NCBI GenBank assembly: GCA_963674825.1
Contig: OY771587.1
Span: forward strand, 3,040,001-3,104,000
DNA: 64,000 bases
Origin: Candidatus Cloacimonadales bacterium
GTDB lineage: Bacteria; Cloacimonadota; Cloacimonadia; Cloacimonadales; JAIOQZ01
Direction of reading: 5' to 3'
Notes under the pieces: generated by a model
Told to the model about the DNA's origin: nothing
Databases searched by the model: none
What the model saw: the letters and a program-made list of their open reading frames with translations, nothing else
Shown here: positions 59,134 through 64,000 of the stretch, one piece after another
How the letters are laid out: each line of letters starts with the position of its first letter
How positions within the stretch are numbered: the stretch's first letter is position 1
Translations under genes and position numbers: made by a program

Positions 59134-60357
59134 ATGCAATACATACTGTTTGACGACAATAAATGGCAAAACTTCTTCCCAATTACACTGACAAGGAGCA
59201 CCGGCGATCTTCGAACCGGTATCCTCAAGCAGCGGCAGAAGATCAACGCGATGCTGGGTGATGAAGTCATCCGCGTGATCATTGATCCATCGCTGGTTCC
59301 GCTTTATAGGGAGCGTCACGCAGACTGGCAGATCAATCACTTTGATGAAGGCGAATATGTGCTGGTCAATTCCCGGTTTCGGTTGAATGATGACATCCTC
59401 GATTTAATCGAGAACTTGCCCGAAAACACCACGATAACCTGCCCTGAAGGCGTCGTCGTGGCACGCTGTACGATCAAAGAAGGTGAGCTCACACCGGATA
59501 CGCTTGATTTCAGCGCGTTGAAAAAGCAAAAACTCGAAGAATCCTGCCTTTGGAGCTACCTCTGGCAGATTATCCTCGCTAACGGTGATAACATCACCGA
59601 CGACTACGAGCGCTTCTTGCAAGAGGATGGAACCTTCTGCGAGGTAGAACCAGGAGTTACTACGATGAATCCTTACAATATCTGGATCGGTGAGGATGTG
59701 CAGCTCTATCCGGGGGTGGTGATCGACGCGACAGAAGGTCCGGTGGTCATCGACGAAGGCGCGGTGATTTATCCCAACGCGATTCTTACGGGTCCGCTCT
59801 ACGTGGGCAAGAAAACGAAGATCAAAGCGATTGCTCGCGTGGGCGAAGGTACGTCACTCGGGCCGGTCTGCAAGATTGGCGGCGAAGTGGAAGGCGTGAT
59901 CGTGCAGGGTTATTCGAACAAGCAGCATGAGGGCTTTCTGGGGCACAGTTACCTGGGCGAGTGGGTCAACCTCGGCGCGGATACCAACAACAGCGACCTG
60001 AAGAATAACTACGGCAGCGTCAAGATGCATGTTTATGGCGAAACAGAGAAGGTCGATTCGAAAGAAACCTTTCTCGGTGCAGTTATCGGTGACCATGCCA
60101 AGACCGGTATTAATTGCTCAATCAACACCGGCACGGTTATCGGCGTGGGATGCAATCTCTACGGTTCTGAGCTGATCAAGGATTTCGTGCCCGATTTCAG
60201 TTGGGGAACCGGCGACCAGATAAATGATTACCGAATCGACAAATTCCTGGAAACGGCGCAAGTCGTCAAAGGGCGTCGCAAATTGGATTTAAGCGAATGC
60301 GAAAAAGAGCTTTACAAGAATCTCAAATCGTTCGTTTTTGACAAAACGCGATCTTAG
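59134..60357 (+). CDS. GlmU-like putative sugar nucleotidyltransferase with hexapeptide repeats
   Basis: P.T.TR...LRTGI, NK.HEGFLGHSYLGEWVNLGADTNNSDLKN; AAGGAG RBS. Confidence 0.85.
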   Translation: MQYILFDDNKWQNFFPITLTRSTGDLRTGILKQRQKINAMLGDEVIRVIIDPSLVPLYRERHADWQINHFDEGEYVLVNSRFRLNDDILDLIENLPENTTITCPEGVVVARCTIKEGELTPDTLDFSALKKQKLEESCLWSYLWQIILANGDNITDDYERFLQEDGTFCEVEPGVTTMNPYNIWIGEDVQLYPGVVIDATEGPVVIDEGAVIYPNAILTGPLYVGKKTKIKAIARVGEGTSLGPVCKIGGEVEGVIVQGYSNKQHEGFLGHSYLGEWVNLGADTNNSDLKNNYGSVKMHVYGETEKVDSKETFLGAVIGDHAKTGINCSINTGTVIGVGCNLYGSELIKDFVPDFSWGTGDQINDYRIDKFLETAQVVKGRRKLDLSECEKELYKNLKSFVFDKTRS

Positions 60358-60396
60358 CGGGATATCACCCGAATGAAGGGTCGCAACGGAGATTGA

Positions 60397-61332
60397 ATGG
60401 ACAATATAGAAAATACAGAGAATATTGAGAATACAGAGAATACTGAAATTACGGAATTGGAGACCATCGACGATCTCGGGATGATCGATATTCCTGAACT
60501 CGAGCTGGTTGAAGTGGAGTTCCGTTCGGGTCGAACCGCTTACTACGCAAACCCGAAGACTTTCTTTATACACCCCGAGCTGTGGGTGATCGTTCAAGTT
60601 GACCGTGGATTCGACATCGCCAAGGTGATGCACTCTTCGGTTCACGACGAGAAGCTAATTGCCGATTTCAAACGCAATCAGTCGAACGACAAGAAGCAGC
60701 AGGGCATCATCCGCAAGGCTTCCAAATCGGACCTCCAAAAGCTCAAGAACGTCATCGACAACGAGCGAGACGCTACGGAACGCTTCAACGAAATGGTGGT
60801 GAAATACCCTTTCGAGATGAAGTTGATAAAAACTGTTTACCAGTTTGACGGCAATAAGCTGACATTCTTCTTCACTGCGGACGGACGTGTCGATTTCCGC
60901 GAATTTGTTCGCGAATTGGCCGCCTTTTTCCGTACCCGCATCGAGCTGCATCAGACCACCGGTCGCGATGTTGCGAAAGAGCTGGGCGGAATCGGCATGT
61001 GCGGCAAATACTATTGCTGCTCCACATTCCTTAAGCACTTCAACCAGATCACCATCAAGATGGCGAAAGACCAGAATCTTTCCGGTAATCTATCCAAGAT
61101 CTCAGGCCCGTGCGGACGTCTTCTGTGCTGTTTGAACTTCGAGGAGAATTACTATCAAGAAGCGGGTAGGGACTTCCCGGAAGTGGGCGATGAAGTTGTG
61201 TTCCGTGGCCAGAAGTACCTGGTATTCAAGAACGACATTTACAACAAGAAGATCTATCTTTCGCTCGAAGATCAGATCGCAGAAATCATTACGCTGGATC
61301 ATTACCAGCAATTGCGTGCGAAACGAAAATGA
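60397..61332 (+). CDS. ricT: PSP1-domain Fe-S regulatory subunit RicT/YaaT
   Basis: RVDFREFV, RIELHQ, CG...CC and KISGPCGRLLCC motifs. Confidence 0.88.
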   Translation: MDNIENTENIENTENTEITELETIDDLGMIDIPELELVEVEFRSGRTAYYANPKTFFIHPELWVIVQVDRGFDIAKVMHSSVHDEKLIADFKRNQSNDKKQQGIIRKASKSDLQKLKNVIDNERDATERFNEMVVKYPFEMKLIKTVYQFDGNKLTFFFTADGRVDFREFVRELAAFFRTRIELHQTTGRDVAKELGGIGMCGKYYCCSTFLKHFNQITIKMAKDQNLSGNLSKISGPCGRLLCCLNFEENYYQEAGRDFPEVGDEVVFRGQKYLVFKNDIYNKKIYLSLEDQIAEIITLDHYQQLRAKRK

Positions 61333-62354
61333 GGCATATACTCGATCTTACTCCGGGTGAACTGGAGAGCTTTCTTGCGGATAATGGCGTAAAACCTTTC
61401 CGCATCAAGCAGCTCAAGCACTGGATCTTTGAAAAATACGTGGACGATTTCCACAAGATGAACAACCTCCCTGCCACACTCATCAAGACGTTGTCGGAGA
61501 ACTTTGAATGCAGTTATCCGAAGATAGAGAAAGAGCGTATCTCGGAGGACAAGACGCGTAAATACCTTCTTCGCCTGCACGATGATCAGTTCATAGAGAT
61601 GGTGCTGATCCCTACGGAGAAGAAGAACACACTTTGCATCTCATCGCAGGTGGGGTGCTCACGGAATTGCGCCTTCTGCGCGACGGCAAAGCTTGGCATG
61701 GAACGAAACTTGAAGCCTTCGGAAATCGTGGGGCAGGTTCTCCTTGCTATGCGTCTTCTTAAAGAGGAAAAGCTGACCAACCTTGTCTTCATGGGCATGG
61801 GCGAGCCGCTGGACAACTACGATAACGTGGTTCATTCGGTGCGCATGCTGCAGGAAGATGTGGGATTCAGTCCGCGCAGGATGACGATCTCGACTTGCGG
61901 TGTTGTTCCCGGAATTCGTAAGCTCGGTCAGTCGGGTTTGAAGGTGAAGCTGGCTGTGTCGCTCAATTCGGCGATACCCGGCAAACGCGACAGGCTGATG
62001 CCTGTAAATCGCGTCTATTCGCTCAACGAGTTGAAACAGACGTTATTGGATTTCCGCAGAAAATCTGCCTACCGGATTACATTCGAGTACATCATGTTTG
62101 GCGGACTCAATACAGGCAGCGATGATGCAAAGGCATTGGTCGCGTTTACCGGCGATATCTCCTGCAAAATCAACCTGATTCCTTGCCATCGGGTACCTGG
62201 GCTGAACTTCATCCCGCCTACGGAAGATGAAATCAAAGCATTCCAGGAATCGCTGCACAACCTTAGCGCAGCAATAACAGTCAGGACAAGCCGTGGACAG
62301 GATATCGAAGCAGCATGCGGGCAACTGGCTGGATCTGAAGGAAAGCAGTCTTAG
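61329..62354 (+). CDS. rlmN: 23S rRNA m2A2503 methyltransferase
   Basis: CISSQVGCSRNCAFC, MGMGEP and DIEAACGQL motifs. Confidence 0.96.
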   Translation: MRHILDLTPGELESFLADNGVKPFRIKQLKHWIFEKYVDDFHKMNNLPATLIKTLSENFECSYPKIEKERISEDKTRKYLLRLHDDQFIEMVLIPTEKKNTLCISSQVGCSRNCAFCATAKLGMERNLKPSEIVGQVLLAMRLLKEEKLTNLVFMGMGEPLDNYDNVVHSVRMLQEDVGFSPRRMTISTCGVVPGIRKLGQSGLKVKLAVSLNSAIPGKRDRLMPVNRVYSLNELKQTLLDFRRKSAYRITFEYIMFGGLNTGSDDAKALVAFTGDISCKINLIPCHRVPGLNFIPPTEDEIKAFQESLHNLSAAITVRTSRGQDIEAACGQLAGSEGKQS

Positions 62355-62406
62355 CTGATTAACGATAATTTTTTAGATATTAGTGAGAAACCAGAACGAG
62401 GAAAGT

Positions 62407-63186
62407 ATGGAACAAATTAGAAATCTCTTCATCGAAATCTTCGAAATGAAGAAAGTGGAACCATGCCGGTGTGGCGGTGCGCACGAGATATGTCTGCAAT
62501 GCCCCCGCTGTCGCGTGGACGATCCGGATCAGCTGGCAACCGATATCAGCAATCTGGCACAGTATATCGATCACACCAACCTCAAGGCGGACGCAACACC
62601 TCACCAGATCAAGGATCTTTGCCGCGAAGCGAACATGTATGAATTTGTCGCGGTGTGCGTAAATCCGAAGCATGTCGAGTTGGCAAGCTATCAGCTGAGT
62701 GATACAAAGGTTTGCAGCGTGATCGGCTTCCCGCTGGGAGCGAATCTCACCGACACCAAGATATTCGAAGCGAAAAAAGCGATCGAGCAGGGTGCGAAAG
62801 AGATCGATATGGTGATCGACCTCAGCAGCCTCAAAGCAAAACACTACCGTGAAACGCTCAACGATATCGCCCAGGTCGCCAAGGCATGTCACAAGGGTGG
62901 CGCAACGCTCAAGGTGATCCTGGAAAACTGCTATCTGAACCAGACCGAGAAAATCATCAGCTGCATGATCGCGAAGAAAGCGGGTGCAGACTACGTCAAG
63001 ACCTCGACCGGATTCGGCCCCAGTGGTGCGACGGTTGACGATGTGGCTCTGATGCGCGAAATCGTAGGGCCCAAAATGGGTGTCAAGGCAGCCGGTGGAA
63101 TCCGTGACAAGCATACCACCGAGATGATGCTCAAGGCTGGAGCCAACCGCATCGGCGCAAGCCGCAGCGTTGATATCGTTCGTTAA
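62407..63186 (+). CDS. deoC: Deoxyribose-phosphate aldolase with an N-terminal extension
   Basis: IDHT.L, GFPLG, EIDMV, KVILE, KTSTGF, KAAGG and RIGAS motifs. Confidence 0.95.
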   Translation: MEQIRNLFIEIFEMKKVEPCRCGGAHEICLQCPRCRVDDPDQLATDISNLAQYIDHTNLKADATPHQIKDLCREANMYEFVAVCVNPKHVELASYQLSDTKVCSVIGFPLGANLTDTKIFEAKKAIEQGAKEIDMVIDLSSLKAKHYRETLNDIAQVAKACHKGGATLKVILENCYLNQTEKIISCMIAKKAGADYVKTSTGFGPSGATVDDVALMREIVGPKMGVKAAGGIRDKHTTEMMLKAGANRIGASRSVDIVR

Positions 63187-63199
63187 GCAAGACTTTCTC

Positions 63200-64000
63200 A
63201 TGAAAATCGACGTTGCCGGATTCAACATCGATCGCTCGGTCAGCGACAGGATCGAGGATCGAAGCATCGTAACGCCGGAGACACTCTCCGCAGCCTACGC
63301 ACGCATCAGTCGCAGCCCGAAATCGATTACCGAATTGCGTACCGACGCCATGGACGAGGTGGATCGCGCGCGTAGCTCCAACCAGAGTATTATATTCGAG
63401 ATGGGGCATAGCTCAGTCGCCGAACACGCGGTATTCAATTTCGACATCATAGGTGTCTCGCGTTACCTAGCGGAGTTCATTCAACGCACCCGCCTGGCAT
63501 CTTTCACCGAGAAATCCCAGCGCTACGTTACCCTCGAGGGTGACTACATCACGCCGAACGAGATCATCGGTACCGATCTGGAGCGGGAATTTCACGAACT
63601 GATCGAGAAACAGAATCTACTATATTTCCACCTGTACGAATCGCAGTGTAAGAAGCTGATTGAAGAGGGATTTCCAGGAAAGAAACGTGAACTGGAGGGC
63701 GCAGCCAAAGAAGACGCCCGTTACGCGCTTTCACTGGCGACGAAAAGCCAGATGGGGATGACCATCAACTGCCGTAGCCTTCAACGGCTCCTCAGAAGGC
63801 TCAGCCGCACAGATCTTCTCGAAGCAAATGAGCTCCGGGAGCAACTGGAAGCGGCTGCAAAGTCGATTGCCCCGTCGTTGATTCGCTACACCGAAGCAGA
63901 CGAATTTGAATCCAATCTTCAGCAACGCTTACCGGAAGTGATCACAGAAGTACCAAACGAATCGATAAAATTGATTCACGCGGAAGAGAATCCGGACGAA
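63200..64000 (+). CDS. thyX: FAD-dependent thymidylate synthase (long ThyX-type); runs off the window end; absent from the ORF track
   Basis: ATG 63200: TPETLSAAYARISRS, MGHSSVAEHA, SFTEKSQRYV and EDARY motifs. Confidence 0.9.
   Translation, partial: MKIDVAGFNIDRSVSDRIEDRSIVTPETLSAAYARISRSPKSITELRTDAMDEVDRARSSNQSIIFEMGHSSVAEHAVFNFDIIGVSRYLAEFIQRTRLASFTEKSQRYVTLEGDYITPNEIIGTDLEREFHELIEKQNLLYFHLYESQCKKLIEEGFPGKKRELEGAAKEDARYALSLATKSQMGMTINCRSLQRLLRRLSRTDLLEANELREQLEAAAKSIAPSLIRYTEADEFESNLQQRLPEVITEVPNESIKLIHAEENPDE

Overview
A 64-kb bacterial chromosomal segment of about 50% GC by eye. It most likely comes from a diderm FCB-superphylum anaerobe such as Ca. Cloacimonadota. That assignment is an inference from the FlgD-Ig-tailed secreted proteins, C25 peptidase, DUF4175, PSP1/RicT and ThyX. 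Housekeeping genes are gap, rsmA, aroA, PBP1A, rlmN, deoC, thyX and tRNA-Leu(CAG). An 11-kb tightly coupled minus-strand operon encodes an sAC-like cyclase-STAND-TPR protein, a TIGR01212-type radical SAM enzyme, DUF4175, a TPR protein, a BamE-like protein and a YcjF-like protein. A 10-kb type IV pilus-like operon runs pilC, pilB, three leaderless minor-pilin-like genes, a receiver-domain/degenerate-PilT fusion, then a LicC-like nucleotidyltransferase, a B12 radical SAM enzyme and a GPP34 protein. There is also a three-gene phosphorelay and two large secreted FlgD-Ig proteins. No transposase, integrase, phage or CRISPR element was recognised. The best novelty candidate is the phospho-receiver/pseudo-ATPase PilT pilus system. 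Other candidates are an unexplained 130-nt rod hairpin, composite REP-like repeat clusters, a lipoprotein interrupted by an in-frame TAG, a DeoC with a possible encapsulation peptide plus Cys cluster, and a His-less C25 peptidase. All family calls come from motif recognition by eye; no database searches were run.
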